From: Alphaproteobacteria bacterium
GTDB taxonomy: Bacteria; Pseudomonadota; Alphaproteobacteria; UBA828
NCBI GenBank assembly: GCA_965237415.1
Contig: CBDEFM010000002.1
Coordinates: 2,656,001 to 2,720,000, forward strand
Length of the DNA stretch: 64,000 nucleotides
Direction: 5' to 3'
The position numbers and the translations under genes are program-made. Under the pieces are notes generated by a model. It saw only the letters and a list, made by a program, of their open reading frames with translations. It made no database searches and was not told the DNA's origin. Positions 17,186-25,970 of this stretch are shown here, in pieces. The stretch's first letter is position 1. Each line of letters starts with the position of its first letter.

Positions 17186-18244
17186 CTATAGGTGCTTCGA
17201 GAACGCCTTGTATTTGGACGGCACCTTCTCGGACGTGCCGTAAAAGGCGTGCGTGGTCATGTCGGGCGAGTACTTGCTCGCCGGCGGGCGGCGGCCGAGC
17301 GCTTCCGCCACGGCGCGGATGTGGTGGGGACCGGCGCCGCAGCAGACCCCGAGATAGTTCACGCCGAGCGCCTGAGCCTCCCTGGTGAACTCCTCGATCT
17401 CGTAGCGGTTGACGGTGAAGGGATCGAGCGCGGTCGGGAAGGGGCGCCCATCCGGCAGACAGCCGCAACCGGGATCGCTGAGCGACTGGAAGGTCGGCTC
17501 GTCGGCACTGGTGCGGTAGGCCACCGGGAGCGCCGCGACGTGGCAGCTCACCGCCTCGCGGATGGGGCCCAGCAGCGGCAGCATGGAGGCAGGGCCGCGG
17601 GCGCAGTTGAGCCCGATCACGTCGGCGCCCGCGTCCTCCAGCCGCTTGCCCGCTTCGGCCATGCTCAATCCATCCCGCGTGTGCGGCTCGCGGTGGACGG
17701 CGAGGTTGATCACCGCGGTCTGGCCGGCCGCCTTGATCGCTTCCAGTGCGAGCAGGGCCTCGCCGACAAAGGAGATGGTCTCGGCCACGATGAAATCCAC
17801 GCCCTCGTCGACGGCCCAGGCCACCTGCTCGTCGAACATGGCGCGCACTTCCCGTGCGGACTCGGCGTCGCCGTCCACGAAGATGTTGGAATTGCACACG
17901 TTGCCCGCGACCAGCGCATTGCCTTCCTGCGCTGCTTCCCGCGCGAGGCGGAGCGCGGTGCGGTTGATCTCCTCGAGCGCGCCTTCCTTGCCGATCACCC
18001 GGAGCTTCTCTCGATGGGCGTAGTAGGTGAAGGCCAGCATGACGTCCGAGCCCGCATGCAGGAAGTCGCGGTGCAATTGGGCCACGACCTCCGGGTGGTC
18101 CAGAACAGCCTCCGGCACATAGGCCCCGGCGGAGAGATAGCCGCGGCGCTCGATCTCGAACAGATAGCCCTCGGCGCAAATGACCGGCCCTGCCGCCAGC
18201 CGCTTGAGAAGACCTGGTCCGCCAGCCACCGTGGCGTCAGTCAT
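17186..18244 (-). CDS. Homocysteine S-methyltransferase (BHMT-like), paralog 1
   Basis: Same motifs and same length (352 aa) as 16062-17120. Confidence 0.9.
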   Translation of the reverse strand: MTDATVAGGPGLLKRLAAGPVICAEGYLFEIERRGYLSAGAYVPEAVLDHPEVVAQLHRDFLHAGSDVMLAFTYYAHREKLRVIGKEGALEEINRTALRLAREAAQEGNALVAGNVCNSNIFVDGDAESAREVRAMFDEQVAWAVDEGVDFIVAETISFVGEALLALEAIKAAGQTAVINLAVHREPHTRDGLSMAEAGKRLEDAGADVIGLNCARGPASMLPLLGPIREAVSCHVAALPVAYRTSADEPTFQSLSDPGCGCLPDGRPFPTALDPFTVNRYEIEEFTREAQALGVNYLGVCCGAGPHHIRAVAEALGRRPPASKYSPDMTTHAFYGTSEKVPSKYKAFSKHL

Positions 18245-18263
18245 GGTGCAGCCCTTCCTGTTG

Positions 18264-19205
18264 CTAACCGCCGGCTTGGCCGGGGTGCAGTGGCGAATCC
18301 TTCACCCGCCACAGGAACCGCCGCACGATATCGCCGTAGCCGGCGAACACGAAGCCTCCGTTGTCGGCGAGCACCCGCTCCCGCTCCGCGCGGTAAACGC
18401 GGGGCAGGTCGTACCACGGGATGCCGGGTCGCTCGTGGTGGAGCGCATGAAAATTGTTGCCGAGGAAGAGCAGCCTCATCAGGGGGCCGGCTTCGACGAT
18501 GACAGTGCTCTCTGCCTGGTCCGCCGCCGGGCGATGTTCGTAATAGGAGCGCAGCAGGATGAGCGCGGTGCCCGGATAGACGTAGAGCATGACATAGGCC
18601 CAGAGCGGGATGCCGCAGACGACCACTACCCAGACCAGCACCAGCGCCGTCAGCACCACATGTGTCGCCCAGATTTGCGCGCATCCCGGCTCACCGCGAA
18701 CGAGCCGGGCGCCTTCCTCCCGCCAGAAGGCGAGAATGGCCAACGCCGGCCCCAGCAGCAGCCGGCCGGCCAGCGTGTTGTGGACCCGTAACAAGAACCG
18801 CCGGCCCCGGCCCAGCCGCCGCCACCGCGCAGGGTCAACGTAGAAGCTTTCGGTGTCGGCCAGCGGGTCGGTCAGGTGCGGGGTGGCGTGGTGCCGGAGG
18901 TGCCGGCTGCGGTAAAGGGAGTACGGCAGCCACAACGCGATCGGCGCCATGGCCAGTGCTGTGTTGAGCTCGGGCCGCCGCGTCGGATGTCCGTGGATCA
19001 CCTCGTGCTGCAGGCTGCCGTGCCAGCCGATCAACCAGCCGCCGAGGGGCAGGACCAGCCACCACGGCAGCGCATGATGGTACCAGGTGAGCGCCAGCCA
19101 CCCGCCGTAGATCGCCGCCGCCACAAGCCACGTCGGCCCCTCGACACGTCGCCAGAGGGCAGGGAGTTCCGCTCGTGCGAGGGAATTGTCGAGATCTTGT
19201 TCCAC
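18264..19205 (-). CDS. Membrane di-iron fatty-acid-desaturase-family protein
   Basis: His boxes HGSLQHEVIHGH, HLRHH, HALHH; TM segments; start uncertain (GTG 19205 or further upstream). Confidence 0.85.
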   Translation of the reverse strand: MEQDLDNSLARAELPALWRRVEGPTWLVAAAIYGGWLALTWYHHALPWWLVLPLGGWLIGWHGSLQHEVIHGHPTRRPELNTALAMAPIALWLPYSLYRSRHLRHHATPHLTDPLADTESFYVDPARWRRLGRGRRFLLRVHNTLAGRLLLGPALAILAFWREEGARLVRGEPGCAQIWATHVVLTALVLVWVVVVCGIPLWAYVMLYVYPGTALILLRSYYEHRPAADQAESTVIVEAGPLMRLLFLGNNFHALHHERPGIPWYDLPRVYRAERERVLADNGGFVFAGYGDIVRRFLWRVKDSPLHPGQAGG

Positions 19206-19366
19206 GGCGACCCGGTTGTGGCGGCGACGACGGTCCACACTGCGACCTGCCCGCTGGTGAAACAACGTGGGAATTCGCTCGCTTCGTCACCTTATGCGAT
19301 AATATTGCGCTATCTATGATATAAAACGCCAAACGATGACTTGACGCCCAGTCAGGAGAAAGGCGC

Positions 19367-20224
19367 ATGGACCGGCGTGACACGGCGCAACGCTTCCGAG
19401 AGCGACTGCGCGAGGCCATGGAGAGGGCGCAAGTCAACCGTTCGGCCCTCGCCGCGCGCATCGGTATCGACCGTTCCACGCTTTCGCAGCTTCTCTCGCC
19501 GGAGGCGGATCGTCTGCCGCGCGCCGACACCGCCGCGGCGATCGCTTCCGCCCTTCATGTCAGCCTCGACTGGCTGCTCGGCCTCAGCCAGCAGCCGAAA
19601 CTCGGCGCCGACATCCTGCTCGAATCGGTGGAAGTGCGGGCGAGCGCGGACGAGCCGGCGGATGAAAGCCTCGCCGCCTGGTACGCCGAGGCGGTCGGCT
19701 ACAAGATCCGCCACGTACCCGCGACGCTGCCTGATCTGATGAAGACCGAAGAGGTGCTGGACTACGAATACCGTGACTTCGCCGCCAGATCGACCGACCG
19801 GGCCATCGCCATCTCCCACGGCCGCCTCGCCTATGTACGGCTGCCGGAGACGGACATCGAGATCTGTCAGTCGCGACAGTCCATGGAATCCTTTGCGCGC
19901 GCCGAAGGCATCTGGCGCGATCTCGCGCTAGCGGCCAGGCGTGAGCAGCTCGATCATATGATCGCGCTGATCGACGAGCTCTATCCCACCCTGCGGATGT
20001 TCTTCTTCGACGGCCTCGCCCACTTCTCCGTCCCCTACACGGTATTCGGGCCGCAGCGGGCGGTGGTCTACGTCGGTCAGATGTTCTTCACATTCAACAC
20101 GCTCGCGCACATCCGCGTGCTCACGCGGCACTTCGACGCCCTGGTGCGGGCCTCCACCGTGCCGGCCCATGTGGCCGTCGATTTCCTGCGCGAGCTGAGG
20201 GGCGGGTTGGGCGGGAGCGTTTAG
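19367..20224 (+). CDS. XRE-family transcriptional regulator
   Basis: NRSALAARIGIDRSTLSQLL...VSLDWLLG HTH; divergent from the desaturase; AGGAG RBS. Confidence 0.88.
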   Translation: MDRRDTAQRFRERLREAMERAQVNRSALAARIGIDRSTLSQLLSPEADRLPRADTAAAIASALHVSLDWLLGLSQQPKLGADILLESVEVRASADEPADESLAAWYAEAVGYKIRHVPATLPDLMKTEEVLDYEYRDFAARSTDRAIAISHGRLAYVRLPETDIEICQSRQSMESFARAEGIWRDLALAARREQLDHMIALIDELYPTLRMFFFDGLAHFSVPYTVFGPQRAVVYVGQMFFTFNTLAHIRVLTRHFDALVRASTVPAHVAVDFLRELRGGLGGSV

Positions 20225-20234
20225 CCACCCTGAA

Positions 20235-20252
20235 TGCCGCAATCTTGCGGCA
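20235..20252. promoter_or_regulatory. Perfect inverted repeat TGCCGCAA-tc-TTGCGGCA (operator or hairpin)
   Basis: Read directly; lies between the XRE stop and the shared 25-bp motif. Confidence 0.35.
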
Positions 20253-20256
20253 CAGG

Positions 20257-20281
20257 CCATGACCCCGGCGGGAATTCCGGG
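20257..20281 (+). promoter_or_regulatory. 25-bp promoter/operator motif, copy 1
   Basis: CCATGACCCCGGCGGGAATTCCGGG; 24/25 identical to the reverse complement of 28686-28710. Confidence 0.65.
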
Positions 20282-20350
20282 TAAAGACCTCAGATCGAAA
20301 CCGCATACGCTCGATCAGCTCGACGCTACGAACAGGGAAAGGTCAGCGCC

Positions 20351-21373
20351 ATGCCACGCATCGTACGCTTCGCCAGACATGGCGGGCCGGAGGTCCTTGA
20401 GGTTCGTGACGAGCCGCTCGAGGAACCGGGGGAGGGCGAGGTCCGCCTCAAGATCGAGGCGATCGGCCTCAACCGGGCGGAGATCATGTTCCGAAACGGC
20501 GCCTACGTGGCGACTCCGACCTTTCCCTCCCGCATCGGGATCGAGGCGAGCGGCGTAATCGATGCGCTGGGGCCCGGCGTCACGGACTTCGCGGTCGGCG
20601 ACCGCGCCGCCGCCGTGCCCTTCATCTCGTGGGACAAGTGGGGCAACTGGACCGCCGATTCGGTCATCAAGTACGGCGTCTATGGCGAGAGCGCGGTTGT
20701 GCCCGCGTTCTGCGTCGCCCGTAGTCCCGACGGGATCTCGGCAGTCGAGGCCGGCGCAATCTGGTGCCAGTATGCGACTGCCTGGGGAGGGCTCGTGGAC
20801 TACGGAGAGGTATCGGCCGACGACATCGTGCTGGTCACGGCGGCGAGCAGCAGCGCTGCTCTCGGCGGGTTGCAGATCGCGAAGAACGCCGGCGCCACGG
20901 TCATCGCTGCGACACGCAGGTCGGACAAGGCAGATTTCCTGCGGGGCGCCGGGGCCGATCACGTAGTCGCCACCGAGGAGGAGGACCTGGAGTCCTGCGT
21001 GAAGGAGATCACCGGCGGCCAAGGATTCACCATCGCCTACGATCCGGTGGGCGGCGCCTTCATCGGCGATCTCGTCGCGGCAGCGCAGCCCTATTCCCTC
21101 ATCGTCAACTACGGCAACCTCCGCACCGAGCCGATCGACATCCCCGTCCTGCCGATGCTCGCCAAGCGGCTGCGCTTCAAGTTCCACAGCCTGTACGACA
21201 CGATGCGCCTGCCCGAGAAGCGCGCCGCCTGCTTCGCCTTCGTCCACGACCAGGTGGCCAGCGGTGCGCTGAAGGTGATCGTCGACCGGACCTTCCCCCT
21301 CGAGGAAATCGTGGACGCGCACCGCTACATGGAATCCAACGTGCAGCGCGGCAAGATCGTCGTTACAACCTGA
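20351..21373 (+). CDS. MDR-family (quinone oxidoreductase-like) NAD(P)H oxidoreductase
   Basis: GGPEVL, AIGLNRAE, GIEASG, TAASSS, DPVGG, GKIVV. Confidence 0.88.
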   Translation: MPRIVRFARHGGPEVLEVRDEPLEEPGEGEVRLKIEAIGLNRAEIMFRNGAYVATPTFPSRIGIEASGVIDALGPGVTDFAVGDRAAAVPFISWDKWGNWTADSVIKYGVYGESAVVPAFCVARSPDGISAVEAGAIWCQYATAWGGLVDYGEVSADDIVLVTAASSSAALGGLQIAKNAGATVIAATRRSDKADFLRGAGADHVVATEEEDLESCVKEITGGQGFTIAYDPVGGAFIGDLVAAAQPYSLIVNYGNLRTEPIDIPVLPMLAKRLRFKFHSLYDTMRLPEKRAACFAFVHDQVASGALKVIVDRTFPLEEIVDAHRYMESNVQRGKIVVTT

Positions 21374-21463
21374 GGCACGCCGCCGGTGACGCCCGCCGGG
21401 TTGGCGCGTGCGAGGTGTAAGGGCAACATCGAGCTTCGAGGGATCAGGGGAACGGACGGATAG

Positions 21464-22378
21464 ATGGCACTTGCCGCCGCCCACGCGGGGCGCAGGCCCC
21501 CGCTGCCCGACCTTCGGCGCATTTTCGCCGACGCCAAGTTCTACTGGCTGGTGCTGCCGGCCTTCACCTTCTTTCTGATCTTCTTCGTCATCCCGACCGT
21601 CTCGCTGTTCCTGATCTCCTTCGACAAGTCGGTCGCGGGCGTGGTGGACATCCAGTGGGACTTCACGCTGAAGAACTACATCCGGTTCTTCAACCGCTCG
21701 CTCTACTACGAGGCGGCGATCCGTTCGATCGGGCTGGCGGCGCTGGTCTCGGTCTGCACGCTCGCGCTTGGCTACCCGCTGGCCTATTTCGTCGCCAAGA
21801 CCAAGCATCCCGGGCGCAACACCTTCTACATGATCCTCGTGCTGAGTGCGATGCAGCTCGACATGGTGATCCGCCTGTTCGGCCTGATGGTGCTGATGGG
21901 CGACAACGGGATCATCAACGGCATCCTGCGCGACGTCGGCGTCATCCGCGAGCCCTTGCCGCTCATGTACAATTTCTTCGGCGCAGTGGTCGGGCTCGTG
22001 CAGTTCACCTTGCCCTTCATGGTGTTGTCGTTGATCGGCATCATCAGAAGCATTCATCCGTCGCTGGAGGAGGCCGCGCGCAGTCTCGGCGCCAACCGCT
22101 GGACTACGTTCTGGCGAATCACCTTCCCGCTCAGCATGCCGGGCATCCTCGCCGGCACGCTGCTCGTCTTCGCCATCTCCATCTCGTCCTACGTGGTGCC
22201 GGCGCTGATGGGCGGCTGGAAGGTGATAGTGATGCCGCTCCACATCTATCAGCAGATCGCCGAGATGGGTAAGTGGCAGTACGGCGCGACCATTGCGGTC
22301 GTGCTCTTCGTCACCAGCATGATCGCGGTCTACATCTACCAGCGCTTCGCGGCGCGCACCGCAGGCGGGCGGGCCTGA
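21464..22378 (+). CDS. ABC transporter permease (PotB-like)
   Basis: LGYPLAY, EEAARSLGA EAA loop, PLSMPGI. Confidence 0.9.
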   Translation: MALAAAHAGRRPPLPDLRRIFADAKFYWLVLPAFTFFLIFFVIPTVSLFLISFDKSVAGVVDIQWDFTLKNYIRFFNRSLYYEAAIRSIGLAALVSVCTLALGYPLAYFVAKTKHPGRNTFYMILVLSAMQLDMVIRLFGLMVLMGDNGIINGILRDVGVIREPLPLMYNFFGAVVGLVQFTLPFMVLSLIGIIRSIHPSLEEAARSLGANRWTTFWRITFPLSMPGILAGTLLVFAISISSYVVPALMGGWKVIVMPLHIYQQIAEMGKWQYGATIAVVLFVTSMIAVYIYQRFAARTAGGRA

Positions 22379-22379
22379 G

Positions 22380-23267
22380 ATGGCAGAGATGGTGACGGAT
22401 ACGGGGCCCGCGCCGCGCGGCGGTGGCTGGCTGCCCTTCGGCCGGCGGAACGGCCCGCGCGAGGAGCCGGCGGTCGCGTGGCCGCTCCAGATCGGCGCCT
22501 GGCTCGCCTTCGTCGTGCTGCTGCTGCCGGTGGTCATCGTGGTGCTGGCCGGGCTCAACTCCGGCGAGCACCTGACCTGGCCGCCGGAGGGGCTCTCGCT
22601 CCGCTGGGTATTCGCGTTCTTCGAGGCGAGCGAGTTTCTGGACGCCTATGTGTTCAGCCTGTGGCTCGCGGTGGTGGTCATGGTGATCTCCACCACGCTC
22701 GGCACCATGGCGGCGATCTTCCTGACACGCATGACCTTCCCCGGCCGCAACCTGCTCAGGGCTTACTTCCTCTCGCCCCTGATCCTGCCGGGAATCGTGC
22801 TCGGCCTCGCGCTCTACGTCTTCTACGTAACCAGCGGCATCGGGCTCTCGCGCACGCTCCCGGGGCTCATCATCGGCCACGTGCTGGTGACGGCGCCCTA
22901 TGTGATCGGCACCGTGTCGGCGGCACTCTTCAACTTCGACATCGCGTTGGAGGAGGCTGCTCGCAGCCTCGGCGCCAGCCCGCTGACGGCGTTTCGCAAG
23001 GTGACGCTGCCGATCATCGGGCCGGGAGTCGCCGCCGGCGCGATCTTCGCCTTCATCGTGTCGTTCGGCCAGTTCGACGTCTCGCTCTTCCTGAGCACGC
23101 CGAACTATACGCCGCTGCCGATCGCGCTCTATATTTCGCTCAGGTACACCTTCGAGCCGACGGCGGCGGCGGCGGGCATCTTCGCGATCGCGCTGGTGGT
23201 GGTCTCGATGCTGCTCGCCTCGCGGCTCATCAACATCCGGCGCTTTGCCGGGATCAAGTTCTCGTAA
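22380..23267 (+). CDS. ABC transporter permease (PotC-like)
   Basis: GLSLRW, SPLILPGIV, EEAARSLGA, FIVSF. Confidence 0.9.
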   Translation: MAEMVTDTGPAPRGGGWLPFGRRNGPREEPAVAWPLQIGAWLAFVVLLLPVVIVVLAGLNSGEHLTWPPEGLSLRWVFAFFEASEFLDAYVFSLWLAVVVMVISTTLGTMAAIFLTRMTFPGRNLLRAYFLSPLILPGIVLGLALYVFYVTSGIGLSRTLPGLIIGHVLVTAPYVIGTVSAALFNFDIALEEAARSLGASPLTAFRKVTLPIIGPGVAAGAIFAFIVSFGQFDVSLFLSTPNYTPLPIALYISLRYTFEPTAAAAGIFAIALVVVSMLLASRLINIRRFAGIKFS

Positions 23268-23300
23268 CCGACGATGCAATCGACAAAAGGAGAATGAACG

Positions 23301-24425
23301 ATGACCGGCAAGCGCATTTCCAAACCGTCCCGGCGTACTGTCCTCAAGGGAGTGGCGGCGGGCGGCGCAGCGGCTGCCTCGACGCAATTCGGCCTCTTCA
23401 ACATCAACCACGCCTGGTCGCAGGACGTGCACTGGGACGGCGAGCCCTTCGACGCCGGCGGCGCCACCTTCATCCTCGGCGAGTGGGGCGGCTTCTGGGA
23501 GGAGTTCGTCCGAGGCGCCGTGATCGAGAACTTCGAGAAGACCTACAACTGCACGATCGCCTACGATTCCTCGTGGCCCTGGTTCCCGAAGTACGTCGCC
23601 AGCGGGCCGCAGGACCCCGCCTTCCACATGTGCAACTGGAACCTGCCCGAGATGATGAAGACAGCGCGGGCTGGCGATTACTTCCTGCCCATCGAGGACA
23701 TCAAGGCGAACGTGCCGCACGCGGCCGACTGCTGGGACTTCGCCTTCGCCAACGGCATCGGCGTGACCTGGGCCTTCGGCCAATACGCCTACGTGTACCG
23801 CACCGACCTGGTCGATCCGGCGCCCGCCGACTTCAAGTCGTTCTGGGAGGACCGTTTCGCCGGCAACCGCGCCACCTACATCACCTCCAACACCCTGCAG
23901 ATGGTGTTCTTCATCACCGCTAACGTTGCATGGGGCGACGGGCCGGAGGACATGGACGCGGGCTTCGACGCTATGCGGCGCGCCATGCCGATGAAGATCA
24001 GCGACTTCACCGGCAACATGCAGACCCTGGTGGAGCGCGGCGAGGTGCACCTCGGCGTGCAGTGGGAAGGCGAGGTCTACCTGCAGATGGACAAGGGCAT
24101 CTCCGTCGCCCCGGTGATCTGGGAGGTGCGCAAGCCGATCCTGACCCAGACCAAGACCATCAGCCGCTATTCCGACCCGGTGCAGAAGAAGCTCGGCTTC
24201 GCGCTGATGAACGAGGCGCTGAACCCGGCCTATCAGGCGAAGAGCGGCTCCACGTTCTACCTGCGGCCGACCAACGGCAAGGCGGAGGTGGCGGACAACC
24301 TCGCGAGCAAGGGCGTGGTCAACCAGGCCGGTGCCATGGAAGGGCTCTGGATCCCGGATTGGAACTGGTATCTCGACAACGAGGACGACATCGTCGAGAC
24401 CACCAACGAGATCTTCGGCGGCTAG
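23301..24425 (+). CDS. Extracellular solute-binding protein (polyamine/opine-like family), Tat signal
   Basis: SRRTVLK twin-arginine motif; WGG; flanked by ABC components. Confidence 0.85.
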   Translation: MTGKRISKPSRRTVLKGVAAGGAAAASTQFGLFNINHAWSQDVHWDGEPFDAGGATFILGEWGGFWEEFVRGAVIENFEKTYNCTIAYDSSWPWFPKYVASGPQDPAFHMCNWNLPEMMKTARAGDYFLPIEDIKANVPHAADCWDFAFANGIGVTWAFGQYAYVYRTDLVDPAPADFKSFWEDRFAGNRATYITSNTLQMVFFITANVAWGDGPEDMDAGFDAMRRAMPMKISDFTGNMQTLVERGEVHLGVQWEGEVYLQMDKGISVAPVIWEVRKPILTQTKTISRYSDPVQKKLGFALMNEALNPAYQAKSGSTFYLRPTNGKAEVADNLASKGVVNQAGAMEGLWIPDWNWYLDNEDDIVETTNEIFGG

Positions 24426-24458
24426 CGCTGTTTCCCGGGCGGCTGAACGGGACGGCAC

Positions 24459-25529
24459 GTGTCGGACGTCGAGCTTTCGGGCCTGACGAAGCGCTACGGC
24501 GAGACCCTCGCGGTCGACGATGTCTCGCTCCGGGTCGATGAGGGAGAGTTCTTCTCCCTCCTCGGCCCGTCCGGCTGCGGCAAGACCACGACGCTGCGCA
24601 TGATCGCGGGCTTCGTCCGCCCGAACGAGGGCCGCATCTTCATCGGCGGCGAGGACATGACCCTTCTGCCGCCGGAGAAGCGGGGGATCGGGATCGTCTT
24701 CCAGAACTACGCGATCTTTCCGCACATGACGGCGTTCGACAACATCGCCTTCGGCCTGAAGATGCGGAAGGTGCCGAAGCGGGAGATCCGCAGCCGCGTC
24801 GGCAAGGCCCTCGAACAGGTCAATCTCGACGGTTACGAGCGGCGCTATCAGCGCGAGCTGTCCGGCGGCGAGCAGCAGCGCGTGGCGCTCGCCCGTGTGC
24901 TGATCACCGAACCCAAGATCCTGCTTCTCGACGAGCCCTTGAGCGCGCTCGACAAGAAGCTCCGGGAGGAGATGAAGTACTGGATCAAGGGGCTGCAGCA
25001 CTCCCTCGGCATCACCACCGTCTACGTGACCCACGACCAGGGCGAGGCACTCACCATGTCGGACCGGATCGCGGTGATGAACCGGGCCCGGGTGGTGCAG
25101 ATCGGCGCGCCCGATACGATCTACGAGCATCCGACCGATCGTTTCGTTACCGACTTCATCGGCGAGTCCAACATTCTCGAAGCGCGGGTCGCGGCGGTGA
25201 GTGGGGATGAATGTCGCGTCGCCGTAGGCCGGGTCGAGTTCGCAGCACCGCGGCGCGACGGGATCGAGACCGGCCAGACGGTGGGCTTCGTGGTGCGGCC
25301 GGAGCGTGTGCTGATCGGCCCCGCCGCCCAGGCTGTTGACGGTCCGAAAGTCACCGCGACCGTGGTCGATCGCAGCTATCAGGGCGCGATTATCCGCTAC
25401 CGATTGCAGTTCGAAGGCCAGGAAATTGTTGCCGAGGTTCCCAACCGGCCCGATCAGCCCGATCTCGCCGACGGAGCCGAGGCCGTGATCGGCTGGACCG
25501 TGGCGAGCAGCGAATTGCTCGTCGACTGA
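24459..25529 (+). CDS. ABC transporter ATP-binding protein (PotA-like, TOBE domain)
   Basis: GPSGCGKT, LSGGEQQR, LLLDEP, YVTHDQ. Confidence 0.93.
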   Translation: MSDVELSGLTKRYGETLAVDDVSLRVDEGEFFSLLGPSGCGKTTTLRMIAGFVRPNEGRIFIGGEDMTLLPPEKRGIGIVFQNYAIFPHMTAFDNIAFGLKMRKVPKREIRSRVGKALEQVNLDGYERRYQRELSGGEQQRVALARVLITEPKILLLDEPLSALDKKLREEMKYWIKGLQHSLGITTVYVTHDQGEALTMSDRIAVMNRARVVQIGAPDTIYEHPTDRFVTDFIGESNILEARVAAVSGDECRVAVGRVEFAAPRRDGIETGQTVGFVVRPERVLIGPAAQAVDGPKVTATVVDRSYQGAIIRYRLQFEGQEIVAEVPNRPDQPDLADGAEAVIGWTVASSELLVD

Positions 25530-25583
25530 TTCCTGCGGCTCCCGCGCGCAACCCGCGGGACGCGCGCAAACTAAAATTTAGGC

Positions 25584-25629
25584 GGGATTCGCCGGGATTA
25601 AGTGGGATTAAGTGGGATAACTGGGATTC
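25584..25629. repeat. Array of five GGGAT(T/A) units at ~10-bp spacing
   Basis: gggattcgcc gggattaagt gggattaagt gggataact gggattc; GGGAT starts at 25584, 25594, 25604, 25614, 25623. Confidence 0.8.
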
Positions 25630-25883
25630 TGGAGGCACGCGGCGGCCGTCCCGAATTCTTCTATCGTCGTCGCGGCGCCCGGATGGCAGCCGCTCGACCG
25701 ACGAACGCCCGCTCGCCTCACCTCCCGAGGCCTGCTCGCTCTCGGGCTGCGTCTCGCGGATACGCGCGCGGGAAATTGATCTACGCATGGCGCGATCCTG
25801 GCGCAACCGGCGCGCATCGTGCACCGCACCATCGTTCGGAGAGTCGGGGAGGAGAGGGAAATGAGGGTGGCGCAGCCTGCGTC

Positions 25884-25931
25884 CCCTCTCCGCCCCCGGG
25901 GGCGGAGAGGGTCAGGGCGAGGTGGGGGGGA
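25884..25931. repeat. REP-like palindromic element
   Basis: Perfect 28-bp palindrome ccctctccgccccc/gggggcggagaggg (25884-25911) followed by tcagggcgaggtgggggg. Confidence 0.6.
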
Positions 25932-25970
25932 TGAGGAGCAAAGTGGGGTGGAAATTCGGCCGCGCCGCGC

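Noticed and set aside
16062-18179. 705-aa ORF suggesting a fused or frameshifted double methyltransferase
   Set aside because: The upstream half is an off-frame Arg/Gly-rich reading of paralog 1; paralog 2 has its own RBS and ATG at 17120 and paralog 1 has its own stop. Long open alternate frames are common at this GC content.
22311-25130. 939-aa minus-strand ORF and similar long antisense ORFs (34902-37295, 14505-15965, 41541-43052)
   Set aside because: Shadow frames opposite well-supported genes, with no recognisable motifs.
25584-25629. Possible CRISPR array
   Set aside because: Units are ~10 bp with no unique spacers, and no cas genes are present.
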